Positions 1 to 11,282 of a DNA stretch of 51,289 bases are shown piece by piece (position 1 is the first letter of the stretch; each line of letters starts with the position of its first letter). The stretch covers positions 1 to 51,289 of the forward strand of contig JAUCBJ010000559.1 in the NCBI GenBank assembly GCA_032718475.1, read 5' to 3'. The position numbers and the translations under genes were made by a program. This DNA is from Nemertoderma westbladi (Eukaryota; Animalia; Xenacoelomorpha). Under the pieces are notes generated by a model. That model was not told the DNA's origin. It did no database searches and worked only from the letters and a program-made list of their open reading frames with translations.

Positions 1-380
1 TTGTCGAATGTTTTCGGTTATACCTAGTGTAGTTGTCGAATGTTTTCGGTTATACCTAGTGTAGTTGTCGAATGTTTTCGGTTATACCTAGTGTAGTTGT
101 CGAATGTTTTCGGTTATACCTAGTGTAGTTGTCGAATGTTTTCGGTTATACCTAGTGTAGTTGTCGAATGTTTTCGGTTATACCTAGTGTAGTTGTCGAA
201 TGTTTTCGGTTATACCTAGTGTAGTTGTCGAATGTTTTCGGTTATACCTAGTGTAGTTGTCGAATGTTTTCGGTTATACCTGGTGTAGTTGTCGAATGTT
301 TTCGGTTATACCTGGTGTAGTTGTCGAATTTTTTTGGTTATACCTGGTGTAATTGTCGAATGTTTTCGGTTATACCTAGT
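1..380. repeat. 32-bp minisatellite (TTGTCGAATGTTTTCGGTTATACCTAGTGTAG), about 12 copies, runs off the window start
   Basis: Head-to-tail, near-identical units with no spacers; last copies degenerate. Confidence 0.97.
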
Positions 381-395
381 GATGGATTATTTCAC

Positions 396-659
396 TGTTA
401 AGTAGCAATTTATAGTACAACGTAAAAACTTTCTAAAATCCGACGTATTTTGACTTAATTACAGTAATGTAATATGCCTATTCATATTAGTACATGTTAA
501 TTCACCGGTGACTCTATTGGCGCAGTGGTCAGATGGGTTAAGGCCTTGGTTGCATTGTAGGTAGTTTACGGGTTCGAATCCCAGTCGGGAAATTTGAGTT
601 TGCATTTTGGGCAATTAATTTTCGATCTGATTTAATTAGATAAGCCAATGAGGTGCGTA
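396..659 (+). mobile_element. 5' part of LTR-like unit X, copy A (interrupted by the 660-7419 element, continues at 7420)
   Basis: Starts TGTT; about 90% similar to 11134-11394, which continues uninterrupted into sequence matching 7425 onward. Confidence 0.65.
510..590 (+). promoter_or_regulatory. tRNA-derived Pol III internal promoter (box A/box B)
   Basis: TGGCGCAGTGG at 518-528 and GGTTCGAATCC at 571-581; second copy at 11257-11320. Confidence 0.7.
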
Positions 660-1199
660 TGTGACGGGATCCAGGAGGGATCCCGATTTATCCGGTATTT
701 AGTTTACGCGTCCCCGCCGTGTATAAAGAGTAAACGAAACAGTGAATGAGTTCTGATGTTCGGTGTATAATAACTGATGGGTATAAGATATAGATATAGA
801 TATGTGGAAGGCGGGATACGGTAACTAAAAGTCCCGTGCTCCCCTATCTAAACTAATTAACCTATGCTAGCACTACTGCACTGAGATAACTGAATTACTG
901 ATATTGGGTTACTGGTTATATTGCACGGTTGGCCTAATTACTACCTAATCGATGCCTTGCCCCCCTCTGATTGGTTGATACCCTTGTTGGCACCCCGTGG
1001 AGTGTTCCCGTTCACTCCATCTGTTCTCTCTGGGTTAGGGGTTTGGCCCCTGACCCTTTATTGTGTGTGTCTCCTTTGGGGCCTATTGTCCCCGTTTACT
1101 GGGCTGACACGAGGTTGATTGGTAATCAACCTCGTGCTCCCAATATTGCTTTATGGCTCACTCTATGGGTTTGTGTTAGCGGAATTGGATAAGCTAACA
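660..1199 (-). repeat. 3' LTR of the gag-only element
   Basis: TGTGACGG...GCTAACA; differs from 6879-7419 by one visible T indel. Confidence 0.95.
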
Positions 1200-1208
1200 C
1201 TCCCCCCC
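1200..1208 (-). other. Polypurine tract
   Basis: Minus strand reads GGGGGGGAG directly before the TGT of the 3' LTR; perfect 11-bp hairpin at 1209-1237 next to it. Confidence 0.75.
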
Positions 1209-1789
1209 ATGCTATCTTCCCGGTGAGAAGATAGCATCCAACTAAAGTGCGCTACAATTCCGCTGGATCCCGATCTAGTATCGGGTGTGGGGTGGGTTAT
1301 TTTCTTTCGGAGCCGGCTTTCCAGGCCGCTCCCTATGGGTATGATATTGCTACCCTCTGGCGTTTCGTGTCGGGCCGATCGTGCGCTTCTCTCACACAAT
1401 TTTTGTTTCCCCAACACTCTCACCACTCTACTCCAACTCTCGCATACTCCCGGACCTCCTCGTCCCACACTCTTCCTCTCACTTCTCCTCCCCCACACTT
1501 GAATTGCGCCCACGCTCTCTTCGCACTCCGCACTATTACTCCATCCCTCCTTGACTACCTTATCCCTTCTGACGAATCTCACCCCCCCTCCGTGCCGTCG
1601 CACTCAGGAAATGTGAAATCGTCTGGCGTCTTGTCCCTAGTGCCATAGTCACTTAGCCCCCCAGTCCCAGTAGCTAATTGAGAAAGGTTGTATGACTATA
1701 GTACTTACACCACTCTCTCCGCACTCCGCACTATCACCTCTCCACTCTCTTGTCACTCCCTAAGGCTTTAATCTCTAATGCTACCCCTG

Positions 1790-3125
1790 TGCTATCATAC
1801 TATCTACCTACTGCTTACTAACTCTAACTATCTAACTAACTCTGCTAACTACTAACTCTTACTACTTCTAGCTCTAACTGAGAGCCTCTAACTTTCTACT
1901 GACTCTAACTCTCTACTAAGTCTAACTAACTCCTACTAACTTTCTACTTCTACTAACTCTACTTGACTCCTCTGAGTCTACCAACTCTGCTAACTAGCTC
2001 TACTAACTCTACTCCACTAGCTCTGCTAACTCTACTCCACTAGCTCTGCTAACTCTACTAACTAGCTCTACTAACTCTACTCCACTCTTCTAACTACGTG
2101 GCGCTTGCGGTGCCCACAACCACTCTACTACTACTTCCTTCTACGTGGCGCTTGCGGTGCCCACAACCACTCTACTATCTGGCACCCTTTGTGCCCTTCT
2201 ACTACTCAACTACCTCTCTAACACTCTAACCCTACTACTTGGCACCCTATGTGCCCTCTCTACTACTCTACTCTATCTCTAACTCTAACTTACTACCTGG
2301 CACCCTATGTGCCCTCTCTACTACCTCTAACACTCTAACTCTACTACCTGGCACCCTATGTGCCCTCTCTACTACTCTACTCTATCTCTAACTTACTTCC
2401 TTTACATCCACTCGCCTGCACGTGACGCTCTGAATGCCGGCAGAGTGGGTACGTTAATTATGTGAACTACTACTAACTCTTACTAACTCTACTAACTCTC
2501 TACGTGGCGCTAACGGTGCCCACAACCACAACCGGTACTACGTACCCTCTTACTAACTCTACCTCTATCTACGTGGCGCTAACGGTGCCCACAACTCACA
2601 ACTCGGTACTACGTACCCTCTTACTGAACCTCTGGCTCCCACTAACTCTAATTAACATACCCTGCTCTTACATCAAACACATCATCACGCCCGTGCCCCA
2701 CTAAGTTCAGCGCATTCCCTACTAACTCTAACTACGTGGCGCTTACGGTGCCCACAACCCTCTACTGCTACTACTTTCTATGTGGCGCTTACGGTGCCCA
2801 CAACCATTCTACTACTCTACTAACACTCCTAACTAGCGGTACTACGTACCCTCTTACTACTCTAGCTCTCTCTACTAGCTAGCGGTACTACGTACCCTCT
2901 TACTCTCTAACTCTCTAACGGTACTACGTACCCTCTAACTCTCTACTCTAACTAACGGTACTACGTACCCTCTAACTCTTACTCTCTAACGGTACTACGT
3001 ACCCTCTAACTCTTACTCTAACACTACTACTACTCACTACTAACTGACTACTAACGTACTCTACCTCTAGGTACTACGTACCTCACTAACTAACTCTCTA
3101 ACTACCTAACTTCTACCTACTCTAT
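1790..3125. repeat. Low-complexity CTA/CTCT-rich non-coding tract with interspersed repeated hairpin motifs
   Basis: GTGGCGCTnnCGGTGCCCAC x6, GGCACCCTwTGTGCC x4 and GGTACTACGTACC x8 in a (CTACTAACT)-like matrix. Confidence 0.85.
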
Positions 3126-3150
3126 TATTTAATTATTTTCTTATTTTTAA

Positions 3151-6100
3151 TTAAATAATTATTTTATATTTTGTGCGTGGGAAGGGCGTCTCGCCCTCAT
3201 TCCCACCCCCCTCAGTCCAAAACTTTGGACGACTAAAAACTCTCACGTGCCCCTTCTTCCAGTAGGCACTCTCCTGCTGCCCTCCTATACGTCCTCTAAC
3301 TCTTCGCCACACTCTCTTCGGTGCCACCTTTGCTGGCCTCCCCCTTCGTATGTGCGCTGGCATTAGAGCCCTCGACGACCCCCGCTCGTCCCTCGGTATA
3401 CGCGGTGTCTGCCCATGTAATGCCCCCTCGCACTGTGTCAGCCCTGCGTGTGTATGCAACACGCCTCCTTCTACTTTCCCGACTCCTTTGCTCATGGACT
3501 TCTCTACCCCTGGTTTAGTCCTTTCATATCCTCTCCCTTTCCAACACTCTCCGGATCTGTGTCCTTTTACCACACATCGATGACATAGTCCGTTTGCGTC
3601 TGTGTAGGCTACACGATCTCGTTTGGGCAACGCTTGCCAGTACTTGCAACTCCTGGTCTTATGGGTTCCGTCCCGATGTAATTGACATTGGAATCCTGGA
3701 TTATAGCGTTTCCTGTATAGTCCTTCACGTATCGCGCTTAGGTTTATATGTACCGATTTAATGTTTCGGTTGTCTAGACTCGGCCTACTGGGTATATTGG
3801 GATTGTGTTTATTTTTGGTGTTATTTTCTTCCTGTCCCCGCCACGGTGTGGCCCTGCTACCAGCTAACTGTGGACTAGCAGTCCCCTGTACGGCCGCGTG
3901 TGGTGGTGACTGTCCGCACGACCTGTTCTCGTCCAGGGAGTTCGATGTTCTTGCTCCTATTGGGGTATATTGTCGATATTGTGATGGGGGAATGTCACCC
4001 TGTCCCCCCCCCCGGCCGGTATGTTTGGTACTGGGGTTGATGTTAATACATTGGGGCCCATACGTCTATCTCCAATAACTCCCCCCTCCCCTGGATATAT
4101 GTTATGTCCCTGTGTATTATAGTCATGCTGCTGTACCGATATAGGCCTACCTACCTCTCGCCTACCTACCGGTATGTACTCCGCGACTTCCGGGTTTAAT
4201 CCCGTCGTTCGCGCTACCCCATCGCCTACTCTATCTCTCCCAGCATGGCCTATAATAGTATGTGCAGTAAGGCCTACAGTATGTCCTGCAGTCTGCATGT
4301 GCCCTTCCGAACCGAAGTTTATTCTTCGCGAATCTCGAATCTCCCCGCGACTACTGCACTCTCGATCGGCAGCTATATCCCGTCGGGAAGCTTCTCTTCG
4401 ATCCCCTCTCCTGTTCTCGACTTCGTATTGGTACGTCCTGTACCCCTCTCTTGGCGTGCGGTGCGTTTCTCCGGGGCGACGGCAATCTCCCGAAGTTCGA
4501 CCCCACTGGCTCCCTGACTCCATCTCTACTGTCGACGGTCCGTTATCCGTCCTCGCACTGCTATCGTTCGTGGCGACACTTCTTCTACTATCTTCTCTTC
4601 TTCTCTTTTCTGTGTAGTATTCCGGCTCGTGAGATCTCTCGTCGACCTCCCGGTTAAACTCCACTGTTCTTCTTCCCTCTTCTGATCGGGCTCGACGCTT
4701 CGCCTGCCCTCTCGCGACGTCAACCTGCCTCTCTCTGCTCGATCGCACGCCGCTGGGGATACTCGCAATCCCCCTATTACTCTCCGTCGCCGGGTGTTGC
4801 GGTTTACCTGATTCGGCCCGCGCATTATCCGCTGACGGCTGTGGGACACTCTCTGCCCCCCCTCTCTCTCTACTAACTTCTCGCGGTGGGGTGTCCGTAG
4901 CCCCCCCCCACCCGCCACTTCTAACTTCACTACCTCTTACTACACTTCTACACCCCTCTTGTGGGGCATTCTCTGCCCCCCCTCTCTCGCCACTAATCTT
5001 ATGTGGTGGGGCGCCGGTAGCCCCCCCCCCCCCCACTCGCCACATCTAACTTCACTATCTCTTACTTCGTCTCTACACCCCTCTCTAGTCGACACACTGT
5101 TTCTACTGCGGCCGGGTCTATTCACCCCCGCCTCTCTCTCTACTACTGCGTGGCCTACCAGGCCCACCTCGGGTTGGCTCAACCGCGCCACTTCCTGCCT
5201 ACTAACTACGTGGCCTACCAGGCCGCCGTCTGCCGGGCTATACACGTCTGACGCGTTCACATTAATAGCACCATTCCCAATATTATTTGTTAAATCAATT
5301 AAATTATTAGAATTTGAAACGAGATTTAAATTATTTAAATTAGAATTATTTGAATTTTCAAAATTTAAATTATTGTTCGTATTATTTGAATTATTCTGAA
5401 TATTTGAATTAACGTTATTATTTGAGTTTAAGTTTAAATTACTACTACCAGGTAAAATATTATTCGCTGCAATAAAGGGATTAGGGTTATCTAATACGGT
5501 ACTATTAACATTAACTACTTCTAACATACTACTACTACCCCCCCCCCGCCCGTACGGCTACACCAGTTCTGGTTCTCTCGCCCGGTGCCTGTAAGTGGGG
5601 GCTCACTCTCTGATATCTCCAACCGCGCCAGTTCTAGTCGGCGCCGTTTAAGTTTGGCCCGATATTGCGCAAGCAGCGCCAGTCGGACAAGCAAACCATC
5701 CTGCGTACGTTGTTCCTCTAACTCTCTCTCTCTGCACACTCGGAACTCTCTCGCAAGCATCCCAGACCGCCTCGCCGGCTCGCTCTCTATTCTCCCGATC
5801 ATTATCCCGATATGCTCCCGATCTCTATGCTCCTCGGCCCTCTCTCTATCCTCCCTTACCAACTCTAATAATGCGGTTTGCTCTCTCAATTGCCCCTCTA
5901 ACTGTTTCCGCTCTGCCGCCGCCTTTTCTAATTTATACGCCACGCGTTCACTCTCTCGCACCCTTCTTTCTTTTGCGGAGGATGTAGCAGACTTATCGGT
6001 TGCGACGGACTCCCGTCGCCCCTCCGTCCTACTAACTTTCCCCCGCTTCCCGGAACTTCCTCCGACCGACGAGACCGAATCCTCGGAGTTAACCTCGGAT

Positions 6101-6781
6101 TCGCCCTCCCCAGGTCTCTTCCAACCCACTAACTTAACTTCCCTGGCATCGACTAAGTATGGCCCTATGTACACTACACCAGGCCCCATACCCCTACGTT
6201 CCCATAGCCCAAACAGTTCGAAGGCAACCCCTCTCGCTCTCTCCCCGGCCAGTTCTCTCTGCCCAGAACACACTAGGTGATCAAAGTATCTGTTCGACTC
6301 ACCTAGTCCCTTTGTCATCCTGACCTCGTCTATCCTCGCCCCCTCCTTGGCCTCCTTTAGTAGTTCCCGGGTCGCGTTGTAGGCCCGTCGAAGTCGATCG
6401 GAAACCCCGACGTCCTCGTCGCCGACCTCTCCTCCATCTCTCCGGGTCCGACGTCGTACCGACGGCCCCACCGTCGCCGTTCCGGTGGACCGTTCGTCGT
6501 CCTCGGCCTGTGGCTGGCCGGCGACATCGGTACGTCGACCTTCACTCCGCGTCGACTCGTCTTTCTCCCTTTCGACTCCCGACTCGATCCTCTCTTTGTA
6601 GACGACCCCCCACATCTTGGTTCGCCGGGTCGCTCGTTATCGACGTGGCGTCAACGTGCGTCGACGTGGTCGGCGTAGCATCGACCGGCGTCGTGGGTTC
6701 GTATCGTCTCGCCGTGGCCTCGCGGATCGTTAGATCGTCGTCCGGGGTCCGCGGCGGTGTCGTTCCTTTCTCTCGACTCAT
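3151..6781 (-). pseudogene. gag: Gag-like gene (about 1200 codons) split into five overlapping frames: coiled coil, Asn-rich and Arg/Gly-rich linkers, C-terminal zinc knuckles
   Basis: ORFs 6542-6781, 5521-6615, 4940-5527, 3957-5045 and a frame open from about 4065 to 3151. The last contains CQLHRDGTHKTRSC and CHRCVVKGHRSGEC (CX2CX4HX4C). Homolog 28731-29213 joins the first two pieces in one frame. Confidence 0.75.
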
Positions 6782-6878
6782 CTTTGTCTTTGGTAGCTGA
6801 TGGTTTGGCTAGCTAGGGCAGCGGTTGGTTTTAGTTACTGTTACAGTTTAACTAGGGCGGCAGCTCGATTTTAGTTAC

Positions 6879-7419
6879 TGTGACGGGATCCAGGAGGGAT
6901 CCCGATTTATCCGGTATTTTAGTTTACGCGTCCCCGCCGTGTATAAAGAGTAAACGAAACAGTGAATGAGTTCTGATGTTCGGTGTATAATAACTGATGG
7001 GTATAAGATATAGATATAGATATGTGGAAGGCGGGATACGGTAACTAAAAGTCCCGTGCTCCCCTATCTAAACTAATTAACCTATGCTAGCACTACTGCA
7101 CTGAGATAACTGAATTACTGATATTGGGTTACTGGTTATATTGCACGGTTGGCCTAATTACTACCTAATCGATGCCTTGCCCCCCTCTGATTGGTTGATA
7201 CCCTTGTTGGCACCCCGTGGAGTGTTCCCGTTCACTCCATCTGTTCTCTCTGGGTTAGGGGTTTGGCCCCTGACCCTTTATTGTGTGTGTCTCCTTTGGG
7301 GCCTATTGTCCCCGTTTACTGGGCTGACACGAGGTTGATTGGTAATCAACCTCGTGCTCCCAATATTGCTTTATGGCTCACTCTATGGGTTTGTGTTAGC
7401 GGAATTGGATAAGCTAACA
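6879..7419 (-). repeat. 5' LTR of the gag-only element
   Basis: Direct repeat of 660-1199; terminal hairpin CGGGATCC/GGATCCCG in U5. Confidence 0.95.
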
Positions 7420-10232
7420 GCGTACAACACGTGGAATGATGAGTTGGGCCAATCATAGGGCATCGAACATCTTATTGCTCCAATGTGAGGCCATGGAATG
7501 TCCTGGAATGTTCTAGTGGATTCTATGTCCCAGATTTGCTATATATATTTTTTTTTTAATAACTACACCCCAGTCGGGGTAAAATGACTGTATATTAATT
7601 AATTTTAATTAAATACCATAATAATAATATACACCGAAATAACATGGTAATTATTGAAGTCGATACAGTACAGTTTAGTTAGGCCTTATATTGATTTATT
7701 ATGGTTGTGCTAAGGTTGATAAGGGTGGATTTCGCAAGGGCGGTCGATACAGCAAAGACGACAAATTCACATATGGAAATAATATAGTCAAACTCGAGAA
7801 TAAATACGAATACCTAGGAATTACGCTCCAGCCTTCATTATCATTCACACAGCATATTCAATTAAAGAAAATAAAGGCATTTGGAATTATTGGCTCAATA
7901 CAGCACCTCCGTTTATTATCAATTGACACTGCCATCAAAATTTTTAATACTAAAATAGACCCTTTGGTAACATACGCGTTCACAGAAATCGGTCCTTATT
8001 TTACACTGGCACATTTAAAAGAAGCAGATAAAATAAAATCAGCATTCGCTAAATCAATGCTGGCCTTACACAAATCCGCATCTTCCACTATGGCACTAAA
8101 GCTTATTGATCAACAAATGTTTGTCGAGTGCATTCTAGAACGCAACCCAAATACCTTCAATCGAAACGCAATCTCATTATACAGGGTACACTGAGAGGAA
8201 CGCGAATTAAATTTCATCCAAGAAGGTTTTATAAACGGGCCCGCTTTCACCTCGGACATATGGAAACGCCAAAACCAGAAAAACCGACACGTTGTAACTC
8301 GGACAACTTCCCATGGTTTTCATTTTAAACTCTGCACCGATCAAACTCCTTTTCACCCACTGTCACAGAACTGCGTCTGCCGATTCTGCCAGCACTCATG
8401 CTCGGACCGCTATCACTGTCTTTCATGTACACTTTGTCCACCCTTATCAACCTTAGCACAACCATAATAAATCAATATAAGATTTGCTATATAAGGGCCG
8501 GTTTGCCTTCGGTTATCACTTATTATCACTAACTACTAATATCCTTGCAGAATACAATTTACTTTACTTGCTTATTCAATCTTATGTTTATTTGTAAAGT
8601 TTAGTTTCGATAAGTCTCTTTGTAAATTACATAAATATACTGTAAACTCTTGAACATTGTATATTTTACTTTGTCTACCTTTGGGACAGCCAAACATTTG
8701 GGAGATGGCTGCCTAAGCCGTTAGGCCGTCAGCAATGCAGGGAAAGATGTCCACAACATGCTAAGCGCCCACACTAAATTCGCCCGCGCGCCCGTTCGAA
8801 GCATGCCCAATGCCATACAGCGCCCCCGTCAGAGGAAGGTAAGACTTTGTTTGACGCCCTTGCCCGCAGTAAGACCTATAGATCAGGGTAAGCGTGACGC
8901 CATCCTGGGACGCCGTAAAATTTAGGTTCAAATATTTTAGACTTAGACAGGAGCAAACAAGCAAAATCCCCGGATTAACCTGTATCTCCTACAGGTGTGA
9001 ACTATTGCTGTTCGTTAGTACGCGCAAGTACACTTTAGGTGCAGATAGCATATGTTTTATAATTTGGTGATTTGTATTACTGACAGCTCTGTACCAGTTC
9101 ACTTTGTAGTTTATACTTTTGCCTGCCCCTCTCTGAGCGCGAAATATTTGATCAGGCAAGGAGCAGCTTTCTGCTACCGGCACATGCTTGGCCTAGGGAG
9201 GTTACTAATATCCTACCGCGCCTTGCCATGTACTGATAGGTATTTATTTACTGCTAACCACCGCAGTAACAAAGTTTTAGAATCAAATTAGTACCAGATC
9301 AGCTACGTACGGTAGTAATTAACACCTATTATCTTATCTTACAACCGGAATCTGGTATTTGTGCCGATCACAGGTGTAGTTACTAACACCGTAATTGCCC
9401 GGTTGAGTTGTGGATAGGAAGGATAGAGCTTTGATGTCATTTTGTAAGTATTACGCCCTAGGGAGCGCGACTAGCTTATTTTAGTAGCTAGCGCCCAGTA
9501 TTGTTTTTGATTAAAATCACTAAAACCTAGTACAGCGGCGATACACCAAAATTGTTTTATTCGAATACACATACACACACACACATGTCCTAAAACATAT
9601 ATACCCCCTTTTGAGACCTACTAGTTATAGCTTACTTTAGGTTACTTTCAATAGGATTTATTCTGCAGTTCTACCATTCGTATTTGTAATTTTAGGAGAT
9701 ATTTAGTATTTAGTTTTACGGCAAGTATTTTAGATGGCATGCACCCTTTTGACTGCTTTGCCCCTATCAGCAGTATCGTTACTTTAGGTACTACCCCCAT
9801 TTGACTGCTACCGCTTGTTAGTAGTATTGTTACGCTAGTCTGTTAATCCACTAGCTCGTATATAAACCATATAAATCACACCGTGGCAAGTTTACGGTAT
9901 TTAGGTCCATTAGCAATAGTTAGGATTCGCTGCGCAGGGATTGTTTTCCCGTGAGTTTGGTCTGTCACCGTAGACTGTACATCTGCCTCACCGGTTAGAG
10001 GCCGGGTATCCTGTTTTGTCTTGTTTGCCCGGGCATTTGACTCGCCCACGTATTAGAATAGACACCAGGCTCCGTTCCTCGCCAGTAGTAGTTTGCGTAT
10101 TTAGTATCTGTTTATTTAGACACCCTGGACTGGGATTTATTGTCAGATACTGTATGAGCCCGTATACGCTACTAGATCTTACAGTAAGATACATCGTTAC
10201 TAGGATCCGGTAAGCGGTATACTACTGGACTT
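7420..10232 (+). repeat. Copy A of a 2.8-kb near-identical direct duplication (rest of LTR-like unit X plus non-coding internal region)
   Basis: About 99% match by eye to 11390-14198; identity ends at CTGGACTT. Confidence 0.95.
7546..8479. mobile_element. 5'-truncated, 5'-inverted non-LTR retrotransposon insertion (RT thumb and Cys/His-rich C-terminus)
   Basis: TSD AGATTTGCTATATA at 7532-7545 and 8480-8493. Poly(T) and 3' UTR lie on the minus strand (7546-7729); the coding fragment FRKGG...YEYLGITLQ lies on the plus strand (7730-8479) with a premature stop. Confidence 0.88.
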
Positions 10233-10239
10233 AACCCTC

Positions 10240-11040
10240 GGTCGTGGGACCATGTGAGCCCATTTTTTCACTTAGAAGGATAATTGAAGAGTTGTCAAAA
10301 ACGAAAGACAGACATCTGGCTGTTAGCTTTGTTGACTTCGTCAAGCCCTTTGATTCAGTCTCTCGCTCAAGTATGTTCAGCATACTTTCATTATATGGGA
10401 TTCCTGATGGAATTATTGCAGCAATCAGATTAGTAAGATGGTTCGAAGACTATTTCTCACTATATTTGATATTGCTGCTAATGTTGACGGTGACACAGAA
10501 CCATTCGAAATGTTATGGGAAGTCCTCCAAGGAGACACACTTGCGCCATTCTTGTTCATAATTGTGGTTGACTATGTTCTACTAATGTCCTTAGATCATC
10601 ATAATGGTGATGGGGTGATGGTAACTCCACCTACTGGCTCCAGAAGTCGAGGAAATCCTGCCCAGTATCTAACTGATCTAGACTTTGCTTATGACTTAGG
10701 AGTACTCTCATAATCACTAGAAGGAGCCGAACAGCTTCTCAGCTCATTAGAAAATTTTGCCAGTTAACTTTGAAAGCCCTCAGCAAGTCTCTGACCGGAT
10801 GAGCATAAGCTCAAAGGATGGTATGCTTGAGCAAGTGGAAGACTTCTGTTACCTGGGATCATGGATCCGGAAGTCAGGTGAGGACCTTCGAATACGTAAG
10901 GCAAAGGCATGGGCAGCCTTGAATAGGCTTTCCAGGATTTGAAAGTCACCAAGAATTAATCGGAAACTTAAGGTCCGATTATTTAGAGCAGCAGTAGTTC
11001 CAGTACTCCTCTATGGGAGTCCATGCTGAGCTCTAACTAC
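10240..11040 (+). pseudogene. Degenerate RTE-clade reverse transcriptase fragment
   Basis: FVDFVKPFDSV, VLQGDTLAPFLFIIVVDY, TDLDFAYD and YLGSWI motifs spread over frameshifts; homologous to 26280-27491. Confidence 0.9.
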
Positions 11041-11057
11041 CGAGGACACCGAGGATA

Positions 11058-11282
11058 CCTTAACCCATCTGACCACTGCGCCAATAGAGTCACTGATGAA
11101 CTAACATGTATACTAATAGGAATAGGCTGTTACTGTTAGGTAGCAATTTGTAGTATAACGTAAAAAACTTTCTAAAATCTGACGTATTTTGACTTAATTG
11201 TAGTAATGTAATATGCCTATTCCTATTAGTACATGTTAATTCAGCAGTGACTCTATTGGCGTAGTGGTCAGATGGGTTAAGG
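11058..11282. repeat. About 70-bp imperfect inverted repeat (fold-back) at the start of unit X copy B
   Basis: 11058-11127 is the reverse complement of 11215-11282. Confidence 0.9.

Larger units (their letters stand above)
660..7419 (-). mobile_element. Full-length non-autonomous (gag-only) LTR retrotransposon
   Basis: Two TG...CA LTRs of 540 and 541 bp; TSD GCGTA at 655-659 and 7420-7424; empty site with a single GCGTA at 11390-11394; PPT next to the left LTR; no RT, RNase H or integrase motifs inside. Confidence 0.93.

Noticed and set aside
1-380. CRISPR-like array (also considered for 31361-31973)
   Set aside because: Units are contiguous with no unique spacers, there are no cas genes, and the context is eukaryotic.
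510-590. Functional tRNA gene (also 11250-11330 and 45595-45670)
   Set aside because: Only the promoter boxes and a T-arm-like stem are recognisable; no convincing cloverleaf.
921-1192. Short ORFs inside the LTRs (also 7141-7412 and 28160-28354)
   Set aside because: Repeated only because the LTR is repeated; non-ATG starts and no motifs.
8761-10213. Small ORFs in the duplicated unit X interior
   Set aside because: All under 80 aa with no motifs; conserved only because the duplication is recent.
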